Positions 19,557 to 33,800 of a stretch of DNA of 64,000 bases are shown here, piece by piece. The notes beneath the pieces are model-generated. The model searched no databases and was not told the DNA's origin. It worked only from the letters and a program-made list of their open reading frames with translations. The DNA is from an uncultured Bacilli bacterium. Lineage in GTDB: Bacteria; Bacillota_I; Bacilli_A; ML615J-28; CAG-313. Each line of letters starts with the position of its first letter. Position 1 is the stretch's first letter. The stretch is from positions 2,266 to 66,265 of the forward strand of contig CATLBQ010000007.1 in the NCBI GenBank assembly GCA_949879765.1. Reading direction: 5' to 3'. A program made the position numbers and the translations under genes.

Positions 19557-21333
19557 TTTTATATTTCTCCTTTTGATATGCTATTATTTTTTCATGAATA
19601 GCATGTAAATATGTATAACGTTGATACAATTGTTCAAGCTTAACTTGTACTTGCGCAATAGTTTCGTTTAAAGACAACAATTTTTGATAATCACTACCAC
19701 AAAGAAAGGTTTCTTTTTGGAGTTGTTCTAGTCGCTCTTCTTCTGTCATAATCTTTTCTTCAATGGAATCAAACTCTTTTTTTTCTTGTGAGGTAAACCG
19801 TGGTATATCTTCTTTGGGTAAGAATCCTTTGGTCTTGGTTTCTTTATGTTTGGTGATAGCCTCTGTTACATAATCACTAATCAAACCAGTATATTCTACC
19901 AATTGTGTATTCTGGTAGATAAAACTGTGTTGTATCACTTTATCTAAAAAATAGCGATCATGGGAAATGACAATGACTGCTCCTTTGAACTTTTCTAAAT
20001 AATCCTCTAATAGTTCAATGGTATATAAATCCAAATCATTGGTTGGTTCATCTAAAAATAAGACATTGGGATTTTGAATCAAAATCGTAAGCAGTTGTAA
20101 TCTTCTTTTTTCTCCACCTGATAAACAAGATACACTCATATACTGCATTGTCTTGGTAAAAAGAAAATTTTCTAATAACTGACTTGCGGTGAGCGTTCCT
20201 TCTGTGGTTTCGATTTCTTCTCCAAATTGTTTTACATAATCAATTATTTTCATAGAAGTAGTCGCAATGGAATCCTCTTGTTTGAAGTACCCCACTTTTA
20301 CAGTATCCCCGATAATAATACTTCCAGTATCTGGCGAAATTTCGCCTAATATGGTCTTAAATAAAGTCGTTTTACCAATACCATTCATTCCGACAATACC
20401 CAAACGATCAAAACGTTTCACGAGATATGAAAAATTTTGAAACAGTACCTTTCCTCCAATAGATTTAGAAAGGTTGGATATTTCAATTGTTTTTTTACCC
20501 AATCTTGTATTTTTACTAGACAAACGAAGAGTTGAATTAGATTCATCGATTTGTTTTTGATTTTGCTTGGTTTGTTCTTCTAATGCATAAAAGCGAGATA
20601 ATCGTTCCTTAGATTTGGTTGAACGCGCCTGGGGATTCAATGAAGCCCATACCGCCTCTTGTTTTAAAAGGGCTTTTAATTTCCGATTTGTAGCCAGTTG
20701 ATGTTCTAAACGTTCTGCTTTCAATTGTAAGTATGCAGAATAATTGGCCTCATATAGATATACGTTTCCTGATTCTAAATCCATCGTTTGATGAGTGATT
20801 CGCTCTAGAAAATAGCGGTCATGGGTTACCAACAAGAGTGCTTTATTCCATTTGATTAAAAATTTTTCTAACCAATTGATCATCCAAATATCCAAATGGT
20901 TAGTTGGCTCATCTAGTATCAATAAATCGCAAGGTTGGACTAGCGTAATTGCAAGTGCCAATCTTCTTCTTTCTCCACCTGATAATTGATGAACCAATTG
21001 ATCGTCTTTTTCTAGCCCCAATTTGGAAAGCATCGATTTGATTTCATACTCATTTTCGACTTGTGAGCGTTTTTTGGCTATTTCTAGGACTGTATCGGTT
21101 TCTTCAAACGTAGGCATTTGAGAAAGATATGCGATACGAATCCCATTCTTTTTGTAAATGGTTCCAGTCAATGCCTCTTTCTCTCCTATTATTGTTTTAA
21201 GCAAGGTTGATTTTCCTACTCCATTGGGTCCAACAAGGCCAATTTTATCCGTATCATTAATAGTAAAAGAAACATGATTCAATAGATACTTATCTGTATA
21301 ACTGACCGAGACATCATGAAATGTAATTAACAT
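19549..21333 (-). CDS. ABC-F family ATP-binding protein (Uup/YfmR-like)
   Basis: Two ABC domains (GPNGVGKST, LSGGE, LDEPTNHLD; GMNGIGKTT, LDEPTNDLD), ARSTK linker, C-terminal coiled coil, no TM. Confidence 0.9.
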   Translation of the reverse strand: MLITFHDVSVSYTDKYLLNHVSFTINDTDKIGLVGPNGVGKSTLLKTIIGEKEALTGTIYKKNGIRIAYLSQMPTFEETDTVLEIAKKRSQVENEYEIKSMLSKLGLEKDDQLVHQLSGGERRRLALAITLVQPCDLLILDEPTNHLDIWMINWLEKFLIKWNKALLLVTHDRYFLERITHQTMDLESGNVYLYEANYSAYLQLKAERLEHQLATNRKLKALLKQEAVWASLNPQARSTKSKERLSRFYALEEQTKQNQKQIDESNSTLRLSSKNTRLGKKTIEISNLSKSIGGKVLFQNFSYLVKRFDRLGIVGMNGIGKTTLFKTILGEISPDTGSIIIGDTVKVGYFKQEDSIATTSMKIIDYVKQFGEEIETTEGTLTASQLLENFLFTKTMQYMSVSCLSGGEKRRLQLLTILIQNPNVLFLDEPTNDLDLYTIELLEDYLEKFKGAVIVISHDRYFLDKVIQHSFIYQNTQLVEYTGLISDYVTEAITKHKETKTKGFLPKEDIPRFTSQEKKEFDSIEEKIMTEEERLEQLQKETFLCGSDYQKLLSLNETIAQVQVKLEQLYQRYTYLHAIHEKIIAYQKEKYKSE

Positions 21334-21405
21334 ATCCACCACCCTTTCTTTTGTCTATTGATTGTATTATACCATATTTTTCCGATTTCAATTCTTTTGT
21401 TGCAA

Positions 21406-21449
21406 AGAAAAACACGTAAGGTGCATACACACTCCTACGTGTTCTTTTT
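21406..21449 (-). terminator. Terminator after rpmE
   Basis: aacacgta...tacgtgtt stem with T-tract. Confidence 0.6.
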
Positions 21450-21451
21450 CA

Positions 21452-21667
21452 TTAATTCTTTTTTTGAGCTTGGGCAGCACGTTTATTGAAACGATCAATT
21501 CTACCAGCAGCTTGAACGAATTTTTGTTCACCTGTGTAAAATGGATGACATTTTGAACAAGTATCTACACGAATTTCTCCTTTTGTAGATCCAGTTTCAA
21601 ATGTTGAACCACAAGATACACAAGTTACTGTTACCTTTTGATACTTTGGATGAATTCCTTCACGCAT
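21452..21667 (-). CDS. rpmE: 50S ribosomal protein L31 (Zn-binding type)
   Basis: [32 protein letters not shown]; RBS GAAGGAG. Confidence 0.97.
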   Translation of the reverse strand: MREGIHPKYQKVTVTCVSCGSTFETGSTKGEIRVDTCSKCHPFYTGEQKFVQAAGRIDRFNKRAAQAQKKN

Positions 21668-21675
21668 ATTGTTTA

Positions 21676-21725
21676 CACTCCTTCCGCCATGATTTGGTTG
21701 TCTATCAATCATAGTAAGTTATTAA
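21676..21725 (-). promoter_or_regulatory. Candidate L31 ribosomal-protein leader RNA
   Basis: 5' UTR hairpin CTATGATT..AATCATGG followed by GGCGGAAGGAG overlapping the SD. Confidence 0.45.
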
Positions 21726-21733
21726 CCTTTCTT

Positions 21734-21762
21734 ATTATATCAAATATTTTGATAAAAGTCAA
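21734..21762 (-). promoter_or_regulatory. sigmaA promoter of rpmE
   Basis: TTGACT-17 nt-TATAAT with extended TG. Confidence 0.75.
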
Positions 21763-21793
21763 ATGTTTTAGATAAAAGGATGAAAAGAAAGAA

Positions 21794-21830
21794 AAAAATA
21801 AGGTAGACCCCGAAAGGTTTACCTTATTTT
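21794..21830 (-). terminator. Terminator of the giant protein gene
   Basis: AAAATAAGGTAAACC-TTTCG-GGGTCTACCTTATTTTTTT on the minus strand. Confidence 0.85.
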
Positions 21831-21834
21831 GTTT

Positions 21835-24800
21835 TTAAAGTGCATTGGCTCTCGCAATGATACTTGCAAATTGTTGTACTTTTGCATCAGTCCAATATGC
21901 TTCATTATATACATATGTTCCATTGACATATGAATCATACTCAGCTTGGAATTCTGTATCTAATAATCCAGATGCTTCAAGTTGTTGTTGTACAGTAGTG
22001 TTTTCTTCAATCACGTTGAAGACAATACACATAACAGCCGTTCTTACAGCAACACATTCATTGATTGTTGTGAAGAATTCTTTCAACTGTGTTTCATCTT
22101 GACAAGCATATACATCATTATAATCAAATGTTGAACCAGATGTAGTTTCAAATGCCATCATTTGATCCAATACATCCATAATTTGATATGCCTCATCATT
22201 CCAATCTCTATCATCTGTTGTATCAATACTTACCTTTGCATTATTCGGGAAGTTAAAGAAACCTCTATTATAGAAACGAGTTAACCAAAGTTGTGGTCTA
22301 GATGTTACAGTATATAAACCCTCTTCTTGATGTTCTCTTGTTCCAAACATCAAAACCATAATGTCTTTGGCGTCTTGGAGAGCAATTTCTTTACTTGTAC
22401 CATACCCTACTTCTTGTAATTTGCTATATGCTACAAATAACTTCTCAAATTCACTAGCCCACTTATCAGGAGTAAATCCTGGATCAGTGAAGTCCACAAT
22501 ATCACGATAATCTTCATTGCCAAGCATTGGTTCTACCTTATCCATATAGAATTGTGGTAAGAATTGTTGTCCAACAATAGATTGACTCATTGCGTCAACG
22601 ACTTTGACAAATTGTGCTTGAACTGCTTTATCTTCTAATGCACTTGAAGATACATTATTGATATCCATAAGTTTACTTAAAGATACAAGTTCTTTTAAGG
22701 CATCCATTAATACAACTTGTTCAGCTGTCCAATCTTGAACTGCATCAAAGTCAAATGTATATGCTTTTAAGGCATCCACACGTTTTACAACAGCATGGAG
22801 TAATGTTGCTTCTAAGCCTTTGGTATACTCTAGTGCGAAGAATTCTTCTGCAAGTGTAAGGATTGGATCTAAATAATTATAATCTAATCCACCTTCAAAA
22901 TAGCCTAGGTCAACTACTGCTTTTAAGATATCGGAAATACGAGCATAGTCACTCATCAATTTATCATCAGTGTATGAAGTTTGATATAAATGATTGATAT
23001 ATTGATTGAATCGATCGCCAAATAATTTTTGAGATAATTTTTCAGCAAATTGTCTTGCTACTAGTGGAAGAATTGTTGAATTTTCCATATGAGGTGTAGC
23101 ATTTGCTACAGCATCTAAGAAGGCATTATTCTTCATTGTAGATTTGTCATGAATATCAATTGTTGGTAATACGTTTTCTACTTCACGAAGGGCACTTGCT
23201 AATCCTTGATATTCCATCTCCCAGTTGACACTAGAGAAATCAACATCACGAATATCTATACCTACTACATAACAAGCATATTGCATCAATTGATCTAAGT
23301 ATGGTGCAAAACTTGTACTATGAACAGCTATATCAGCCAAATCAATGATACCTTGAGCATTCTTATAATCGATTGTCTTCTTGAATAATCCTAATACATT
23401 TGCTTTTTCTACAATGTTAAATACATCTGGTAAGAATGTATTGACAAATGTCTGGCTATCCATATGTTCTAAAATGGTAATTTCAACGATATCTTTTGTA
23501 AAGATACGTACGATGCCATCCGCAATTGGAGTTGAAATCTGTTCAAGTACTTTCGATTCAAATGCTTGATTTACTAAAGCAGTAACTTCGTTTTGGAAAG
23601 TTTGATCGTCAAACAATTCATATTTTTCTGTCTTCAATTGATCACCATAACGAGTGATGATATCAAGAGCTTTCATCATCGCACGATAGATTGCTTTTAA
23701 TTCTACTTTCAGACTACCCTCAGGATATACCAAATCCACTTTACCTAGTACATACATATTCTTCTTTAACTTATTGATTGGTGTCATTGTCTTATCTGAT
23801 AAATCAAATACATTTGTGAATACACCAAATAAGCGGTCTGTATTTTCTGTGTTAGTGAAATCAATACCATTATTACTGAAAGCACCCATATCAAGTAAAG
23901 CGTCTAGTACAACACCGAATTCTTGACAAAGCGGTTCAATTGAATTTTCATCAATACCTAATCGATGAGCAAGATTTGCATTTTCAAGTTTTGGTAATAC
24001 ATATTTTTCATATCCCCAACTTGAAATGGCTTTGAACACATTTGTATCTAATGCACCTTGATATAATGCCACAACTGCGCTCATCAGTTCTGTGTTACCG
24101 ACATGTTGAAGTTTAACTTTGAGTAATCCTGTTTGAGCAACAATCGTTAAGATTTCTTTTGCATATGCGGAAAGAACCTTACCATCACTCGCTAAATCAA
24201 CACCGGTTAAATCAAGATCACTCATATCTATTTCACCAACAAAAGTGTTAGCAAAACGAACAAGTTCTTGTTTCTTTTGATCTACAAAATTTAGCGCAAA
24301 GACTTCTTCAATGATTGTTTGTGCAGGGATTATGCACTCATCTTTAGACACATTGTCTTTGATACTTCCAGGAACAGCATCCATTTGAGCTACTGCTCTT
24401 GTAATACGTGCAACACGTGCCATATCTTCGTCTAAATCAGCTACTGTGTATGTATCTAAATTACCTAATTCACCAAGTGATACAGGTAAACGATGATATA
24501 CAAATCTATTGTATAGAGGTTTAAATAATTGATTAAAGGCATCAGATAAATCTAATGTTTCCATCACTACTGCTAAACTGTCTGTATCAGCAAGTCTAGC
24601 CATAGCTTTTATTTCAGATTGAATATTAGTTCTATTGAGAGATTTGATATAAGCATATACTTCTTTTACTGTATGCCAGCCACATGATGCAAATACATCA
24701 ATACCTTCTGTAATTAATGTACGTAAATATGCAAATTCATAATCCCAATTTACACCACTTAAATCTATTTCATTGGTGATTACACCCAATGTTTCTAAAG

Positions 24801-27800
24801 CTTCTAGAAGAACTTCACTTCTATCCGCTAAGCAGTGCAATGCTTCAAGATAATCTACAATGCTATTCAAGGCTTCTGTTCTTGTCATTTCTGTTGTTTG
24901 AGCATTTAATGTTGAAGTGATAGTTCCAGTAAATGGAATATCTTTATTCTTAACAACATCAATGATACCAAAGTCAACAAGAGTTCGAACTAACGTTGCG
25001 GAAAGAAGAGCATCTTCTTTGATTTGTTCGAAAGTAAGTCCATCAAAGGATACTGCAGCAACTACACCACGATATTTTTCAGGAACTTTTGTTTCTACAA
25101 ACTCTTTTAATTCAGGAAGCAACAATTGATAAGTTGTTGTTTGAACAAATTTATCATAAGCATCCACAAATTGATATCTATATTGGTTTGTACCGCTTAA
25201 CATATCTCTAGTGATATTGAATCCACTATTCATAAAGGCACGAATATCTTGATATGTAGGGAATGGGTTGTATTTGCTTGTCAAATAAGGCACTAAGTCT
25301 TTATACATTTGTGCAAATACATTCATATCACCAGCAAAATCAAATTCGCTTGCATGTAATGCTTGAATACTGAATGGTAAAATAGAACGTCTATCTACAA
25401 AGTCAATGATTTGATCCATATGATACTTGAAGTAATTCATATCAGCTAGACTTGACAATATAGCCTCAACTGCATCCACATTTGCGTAATCAATATTTTG
25501 ATTATTTAAAATAGATACAATGTCTAATTGATGAAGTGCTTTAACTACTGATGTAGCAAGCGCTAAATCTTCCATAAATTCTTCATTTGTATACATACTT
25601 ACATCACTAGCATGACCTAAAGTTAATGAATATTGTTCAATATATGGTGTAATGATATTATTCATCATTGCCAATCCATTTTCTTGTACAAGGGTCATAC
25701 GAGTTAAGGCATCCATTATGTTTTCCATCATAATCCAATTTGCTTCTTGACTTAAGAAGGCTTTGATACCTGCTTTATTCATCAATTGTTGGATATAGGC
25801 TTTTGCATCTGCTATATTGTTGATATGTTCTCTAGCAAATAAATCATATAACTCATTCATCACTAGTTTCATATCTTCTTTATCTAACGCAAATACAGTT
25901 GTTTCAAACTTGAATGCATCTTCTGCGATTTCAAATCCAGCAATCTTCTTACCATTGATGAAGTCTTTAGCAACCAATGTAAGTACAGCTTCCATATGTC
26001 CATTTAACATATCTAATGCAACTACATCATCAAATATACGAGTTACCATTTCACGCATTTGTTCTGTAAAGTATGCTTTATTTTCAATTGTTGTAGTTAA
26101 ATCCATTTCTTTCATGGCAAAGACAATGTCTTCTAAGTATGGAATATCATGTTCTACAACATCTAAAGTCAAGTGTTCTAAGTCAAGTGCTTCATAATAT
26201 TGAGGTGCGAACTTCTTCATCAAAGGAAGAGATACTAATAAAATAGCAGGTCCTGTCTTTTCATAAATCGTCGTATCCATATAAGTTAAGATGAAGTCTA
26301 ATGCATTTTCATAGAAACTTGCTTGTCCAAGTAATTGCATATTGAAGTTGTTGTTCTTCACATCTGCATTGCTATTGATTGTCCAATATTTGTTTCGTGT
26401 AATGTTATAGAAATAACTATACATTTCAATTATCTTAGGTGCATCTGCTTTTAAGTTTACACCATCAGCAGTAATATCACTTAAGTCTTGTGAAACTAAT
26501 CCATCTACAGCTTTGATTACAGCATCTAGTCTACCATCATTATTGAAATAGTATAGACCAAATAAATGGTTGACTACTGTTTCAACAACATCTGAACGAT
26601 CAAATGGATATGGTGCATCTTCTTTAACAATTTGATATAAATCTAATGTACGAATAGATTCAATTGTTGTAGCCAATGCACTTAAATCGGCTGTAAATTC
26701 TTGTGGATGATTATAAATTTGGTGAATACCAATTAAATCAAATAATTTATTATTCTCTTTTACATATTTTTCTGAAATAGGGAAAGCAATTGCTTCTACT
26801 AATTCTGATTCACTACATAACTTAGCTAAATCTATCATTGCATCTAGATAAGTATCTGTTTGTTCGTTGACTTTCCATAATTCTTGAGCAAATTCTTTCG
26901 TGAATAATGCTTTGATTTGAGAAAGTGTATCTGCTTGTTTTGCATTGAAAATGCGATATGCAATACGAACAACTTCATTGATTTCAGCCCAAGTTTGTTG
27001 ATAATCAATTGTACTTAGAGCCATTGCAGTTGTATCAATACCTAATTTATCAAATAACGCTGTTAATAGATTTTGTTCATTATGATTCATGCAATGTAGT
27101 GTTTGCATCTTATTGATTGCAGCATTGATTACATCTGCTGTAGATACATCAATGGCACCACCAAACAACATGAATTCAAGCATACCATAATCTAATAATT
27201 CACGGCTTATAGAAGCAAGTGTATGTACATCTGCTACTAATTCTTCTGTTGTTGCATCGATGAATAAATATTCCATTGCAAAGCCTTTTTGGCCAGTAAA
27301 TTTAGCCATATGCATTGCAAATGTTGGAAGTAATACTTGAAGTGTTTTTACCTCAACGGCTTGATCAACACCATTTACAAAGGCATTTACTACATTACGA
27401 TTTAGTGTAGCTTCATCTTGGTATGTCTTATTCTTGAAGATACCTAAAATATCTTTTACGGTTAAGACATTCGATGCTACATAAGCTGCTTTAAATTCTT
27501 CTAATGCTTGAATAAGTTGTGGAGCTTCATCTTTGAAGACGATACCTTCAAATAAACTTGCTTCTACTGTATCACTTGATTTTAATGCTTCTAAGATTTT
27601 GTTTGTTGCAAGTGCTGCTATATCTGCCCACTTCTTATTCAAAATATGAAGTTCGCTTGCTGCTGCTACGATTTCTTCGTAATCGTTGAAATGAAGTGAT
27701 ATATCTTCAATCTTAGTGCCAAATATAACATCTATAATTTCTGCTCTATCCATTGGTGCTACTGCCAACAAGATTTGTCTTGCATCTTGTACCAATTCTT

Positions 27801-30800
27801 CTTTGGTGAATGCACCTTTTAAGAAACTTACATCTACACCTTTTACTTGATCTACCCCATAATTGAATACATCTGGTAATAAGAAGGCAACAGTTTCTAA
27901 ATCCAATACTTCACGTGCGAATTCCACTAATGCATCTAAAGTTGCCCCTTTATAGAATGCTTTATATTGATAATCTTTGTTATTGACAATCTTCATTACA
28001 TCTTTTAAAGAAGTATATTCTAAACTATCCATCAATGGACGAACCGCTACAATTGCTTCAGCAAGAGATGCAAATTCGTTTTGATATTGGATGGTTTCGA
28101 AATCTGCTAATGTTACATCAAATGAAATGACTACTTTCTTTGTTGCCAATTGGAATAGTTCATACATTAGATTTGGTGCATGTTTTTGAATCATATGGAA
28201 ATCATATAATCCTTCTACCATTTCAGCTATTTTTTCAACATTTAAGTTTTGAATGTCTTGTGTAGTCACATATTCTAATGCGCCTACTGTTACAGCATCT
28301 TTTAAGTATGCTACTAACAATTTAGCATCTTGTACTAATTCTAATTGATTCAAGTCATCTAATATGAATACGAAATCTTTTGTTGCATTATTTTTAGTTA
28401 ATTGATCACGACCTACACGAGCAGCAGTTGGTAATACGGCTTGAATAGTTTGTGTATCAAGTAATGCATCTAATGCATCTAGTAATGGATTGACTACAGC
28501 TTCGTTTGCATATTTTGCATCTTTATATGCTTTATATTGCATAATATCGATGGCATCTTTTACTTTTACAATCGCTGCATTTTCAAAGGATTGTTGTGCA
28601 GCTTGAATTGCTTGAACAAGACTAGATACTTCATCTTTAAAACGAATACCTTCAAATAGACTAGTTTCTACACGATCTTCTACTTTTAATGCACCTAAGA
28701 CTTGGTTGGTTGCAAGTGTTGCAACATCGGCCCATTTGTGATTTAAAAGATGTAAATCACCTAAAACAAGAACCATTTCTGAATAGATATCCATATGAAG
28801 TGGTAATTCTTTGACATCTAATCCAAATACCAATTGAATAAGTTCAGCTTGAATAGCCGGAACAATTAACTTCGCAGCAGTACGAATATCTTCTACCCAT
28901 TCTTCTTTTGTTAATGTACCTTTTAAGAAAGATAAATCCACTTTCTGAACTTGAGTAGCAACTAAATCAATCACATCTACAAGTACCAATTGAAGAATTT
29001 GAGAATCTACTACTTGTACTACCATATCTGAAAGAATTTCACCCATTTCAACATCATAGAAAGCTTCTTTCTTATAGGTATCTCCGCTTATAAATGCTTG
29101 AATATCAGTTATCGAACGTAAATCTTGTTTGTCTAATACTCTTTGTGCATTTCGAATGATTTGTGCAAGAAGAGTGAATTCTTGTTTTACATCAATTGTC
29201 TTCACTTGTGAATCTGTTACATATAGGGTATCATTCCACTTGTCATTGATTAATTTTAATCCATAGTTAATGGCATTAAATAATAATTCACTTTCATTTG
29301 CTTGTACAACATGTAAATCATACATCTGTTCCACGATATTTGCAGCTTGATTTAAATCAACCATTTGGATGTTCTTGGTTCTCAAGTATTCCATAGCACC
29401 AAATGAGATGGCTTCATCAAGAATATTCGCTAATGTACCTAAATCTTCCATCAATGCCTCTTTAGAAACTTGAGATAAATAATCGATAGAGAATGGAACT
29501 TTGCCTGAACGGTTAGCCAAATCAACTATATATTTAAAGCCTTTTTCAATGATATTACCTACCAATTGAGATTGTTGTAATGTTCTAAGTGCTTCTGTAG
29601 CCACATAACCTACACCATCTGTCAATACAGTTGGATATGTATACCATTTATCTTTAAAGAAATTGGTTAGAGCATACATGGTTTGAACATTAGCCGTTTC
29701 AAAGAAATCGTATCCTAATGCAAGAAGTGCTTTAATAATTTCTTTTTCACTTGCCCAATCAATATTTCTAAAATCGAAATCGTCTTTACTGAGTTCAAAT
29801 ACTTGATCTTGTGCATAAAGTGCAATCAATTTATCATATACAACTTCTGCTAAACGACCATTGGCACATTGTACCATATTCAAAGCATATATATCATCTA
29901 CAAGCGAAAGCACTACAGATTCATCTGGTAAAGCCATTTCGCCTTTTTCTCTATCTAGATAGTAATCTACGATATGTGCATCTTCTACTAATTTATGATC
30001 AATTGTTACTAAACTACGGAAATCATCAACCAATTGTTCATTGGTAAGTTCATAGATATAATCCAATTGAATGCCTTGTTCACCAAGGAATTTTACACCA
30101 CACTTGATACCTAACGGAATAATCGCATCAATAACTTCTACATCCGCAATCTTATCTATGATATTTAATATACTTGTGGCATTGGCATCTGTTACATATG
30201 TGTCATACTCATGATTTCCTTTTAGAATGCCTTGAATAATTTCAATGGCGGCATTGACATCAGTCACTTGATTTTCTTTGAATAAAGCAACAATATCGGT
30301 AATGATGTTTTTGTATACTGCCTTTTGGCCTTGCCAATCTACATTCGAGAAATCTTCATTGATTGCACCTAATTCAATCTTCAATAATGATGCAATATAA
30401 TTTACTCCCCAAGATAATGTAGCTTCTTCATGACCATGGAATAACTCCATATCATGTAATGCATCTATAATATTGCAAAGAGCATCACTCAATTGATCAT
30501 TGATAGCAATATTGCCTCCTTTGGTCAAGAAGGATTGAGCATCTACAGCAACAAGTTGGTCTAACACATATACCAAACAACGTAAATCGTGGACTAGCGT
30601 TTGTCCACTTGCATTGGTTAAATCTAACTCTTCTACAATGCTCTTGAAATCTTCTGGAATGATATCTTTAGCTTCTACATAAGTATCATAAATTGTAGGA
30701 AGTAAAACTTCAATTAATTTTGATCCACTTGCATTTGCGTCTTCATATGTACCAAATAATACTTTTACACCATCAACTAAAGTTTGTGCATTTTCATTTT

Positions 30801-33800
30801 CTGCCCAGAAATTTAAATCCAAAATCAATTGATTTTTTTCATTAAAGAGTGAGAATGATTCATCTTGTAATACGTCACTAATTTCATCAATGAAAGATAA
30901 TAAGATATCTTTTTCACCAGTATAATCTAACGCAACCAATTGATTGTATACATCACCATCTTTTTCAATATCTAAAAGACCAGAGACTTTTAGTAATAAA
31001 CGAATGATTCTACCTTCAAAACCTTGGATGATTTTTGAATCAAAAATACCAGACACAATCGTCTTCATAGCATCTACTTGTTCTAAAGCAAGTGCATGTA
31101 ATCCATCATTTTTGATATCTAATACATTTAAATCCACAACGGCTTTTACAACATCAACCAATTGAATAACTTCATTCACCAATTCTTCGGAAGAAATATG
31201 ATCTAAAATATCTCGAATCAAAGCACTGTCATCTATTGTTTCTAATTTTTCAATTTGTGGTACTAAATATTTGTCTAAAACATTTGGCAATATCGCCAAT
31301 ACCACTTGAGATTCAACTATATTTTCAAGTGCTTCTACTACATAATCTAAGAAAGTATCATTTTCTAATAATTGTTCAATATTCTGACTCAAACTAGACA
31401 AATCATAGATATCAAATCCTTCTACATCAATCAATTTTGCATAGGTATCAATCAAACTCAATAAAACAAGCGTTTCATGATTCCAATCTACATTTTGGAA
31501 AGCTTCTTCTTCTAAAGCTTCAATCCAACCAAATTGTCTCATTGAAGCAAGAACAAGTTTGTTTTTCAATTGATTGTCACCAAGAAGATGTAATCCCAAT
31601 GCTTTTTCTACAATCAATTTTAAATTTGCAATTGCTTGATCACTTGTAAGATCTAGATTTTGGTAAACAAAAGGATTTAAATTTTCTAATACTTTGATTT
31701 CATTGGTTGCTTTAGCAATATCCAAGATATCTTTTAAATCGTCTTTCCATTCTTCACTTGTCATACCACTAACATCTACAATGTCATCAAATTCATTTGC
31801 TTTTTGATCAATCCATTCATCTAAGAATTTTTGCATTGTTGGTGTACCTGCAAGTTGATACAATTGTAAGTCAACCAATTGACTAGCAAAAGTATTTGCA
31901 GATTCAAATTTATCCGTATGCTCTAAAATATCTTGAACAATATCTACCCAATTTTTAGTTTGGAATTCTTCAACAGATTCAAAACCAAATGTAAGGAATG
32001 TTTCATACAAACTAACCAATTGTCCAAATTCTTTTTGCCATTCTACTTTGCTGAAGTCCACATTGTCTAAAGCATGTTTGGTAATATCTTGAACTTTCTC
32101 TATAGAAACGCCAACTGCTACAGCAATATTAACAATATCATGCATCTTTTTCGTTGAAAATAATTTGTTTACTACACTACGTAAAATAGTTGCATCTAAA
32201 TGAAGATAATCTGCTGTTACTCGGTCTGGAAATTCTTTGAAATTAGCCAAATTAGCAGCTTCTCTAACAGCACTGACAATTTGCTTCAAATCGTCTGTAG
32301 TCAGTTCCCCTTTTAACTTTTCAACAGCTTCTAATTGGTTGGCATCTTCTAATAATTTTCGAATTTGCTCTTGACGAAGTGCATAGTCAAGTCCTACTGG
32401 AACTACTACTTTGTCCGCAATTTGAAGAGATAGAATGTGGTGTACCATCACCAATACATCGTCCAAACGGTTCGAATCATTGAGAATATCGTGCAAAATA
32501 CTATTGTAATTTTCTTTTACATTTTCAATAGTTTTCAAATCAAATTTTTGTACTTCTTCGTAAATGTTCACTATATCATGGAATTCTTGTTTCCAATTGA
32601 TGCCTTTAAAATCAATTTGATCTAATGCATCGCCCACGATTTCTTTGACTTGAGCTTGATTAAGCCCTATCGCAAGACCAATTTTTACAACATCATATAA
32701 ACTTGAAGTTTGAGTTTCTTTATCTAATGTTGAAAAAATTTGATCAACAACAGCATGCAAAATAGCTACATCTAAATTCAAATAATCCACTTCAATCGTT
32801 GGATAATTTGAAAAATCAATTAATGGTAATGCCGTTTTGATGGCAGCTACAACTGCTTTTAAGTCTTCAATCGTCATATCAAAACGAAGACTACTAAATG
32901 CATTAAATTGATCTGCATCTTCTAAAAGTTTTTTGAATCCTTCGATATTAGAAGCATATTCAATTCCAGAAGGTACTGCAATTTGTTTGAGTAATTCTAC
33001 TTCTAATGCTTGATTGATGATTTCAAACAATGTTTCTGTTTTACCTGCATTGTTTAAAATATCTTTGATGAATGCATTGGTATCTAACCCTTCAAACGTG
33101 GTAACACCAAAGGTTTGGAAATTAGCATACATATCCACAAGGATATTCAATTCCTTTTTCCAATCGATGTCTTCAATACCACTGACAAATTGATAACCTA
33201 TCCATTCTACAACCTTTTCATGAGATAACCCTGTATTGATTGCAATTGGAAGAATTTTTTGAATCAATTCTGTTTTTGCCAGTACATTCACTACATTTCT
33301 CAGTTGTTCTGCATTCATTGTCAAATAGTTGAATTGATCAAGTGGGAAAATGCCCAATTGGTATGCTTCTACAACAGCATCCAAAATAGCATCTAAATCT
33401 TTGCCCCAGTTGATATAACGCAGACTCAAATAATCTGAGTCTTGATACGCATTGTTAAGTGCTTCTTGAATAACTGGTATTTCATATCCATATTCAATCG
33501 CTACAGGCATACCTTCAACCAATAACTTTGATTTTTTCAATGCATTTAAGGCATTTTGCAATTCTTCAATTGACCATTTTTCGGGATTGGATTTGCCATT
33601 TAATGCATTTGCAGCTTTGATAAAAGTGATTAATTCTTCACTTACACTAATGTTTTGGTTTTTTGTTTCAATTCTTAGCAAATCATCAAACAAACTTTCA
33701 CTAAATGATTTACCAAAGAAATAACTTGATGCATTTGCAAATTTACCTAAACCACTTTCGTCATAGGCTTTTGCAAAGTCAAAAATCATTTCAATGGGAT

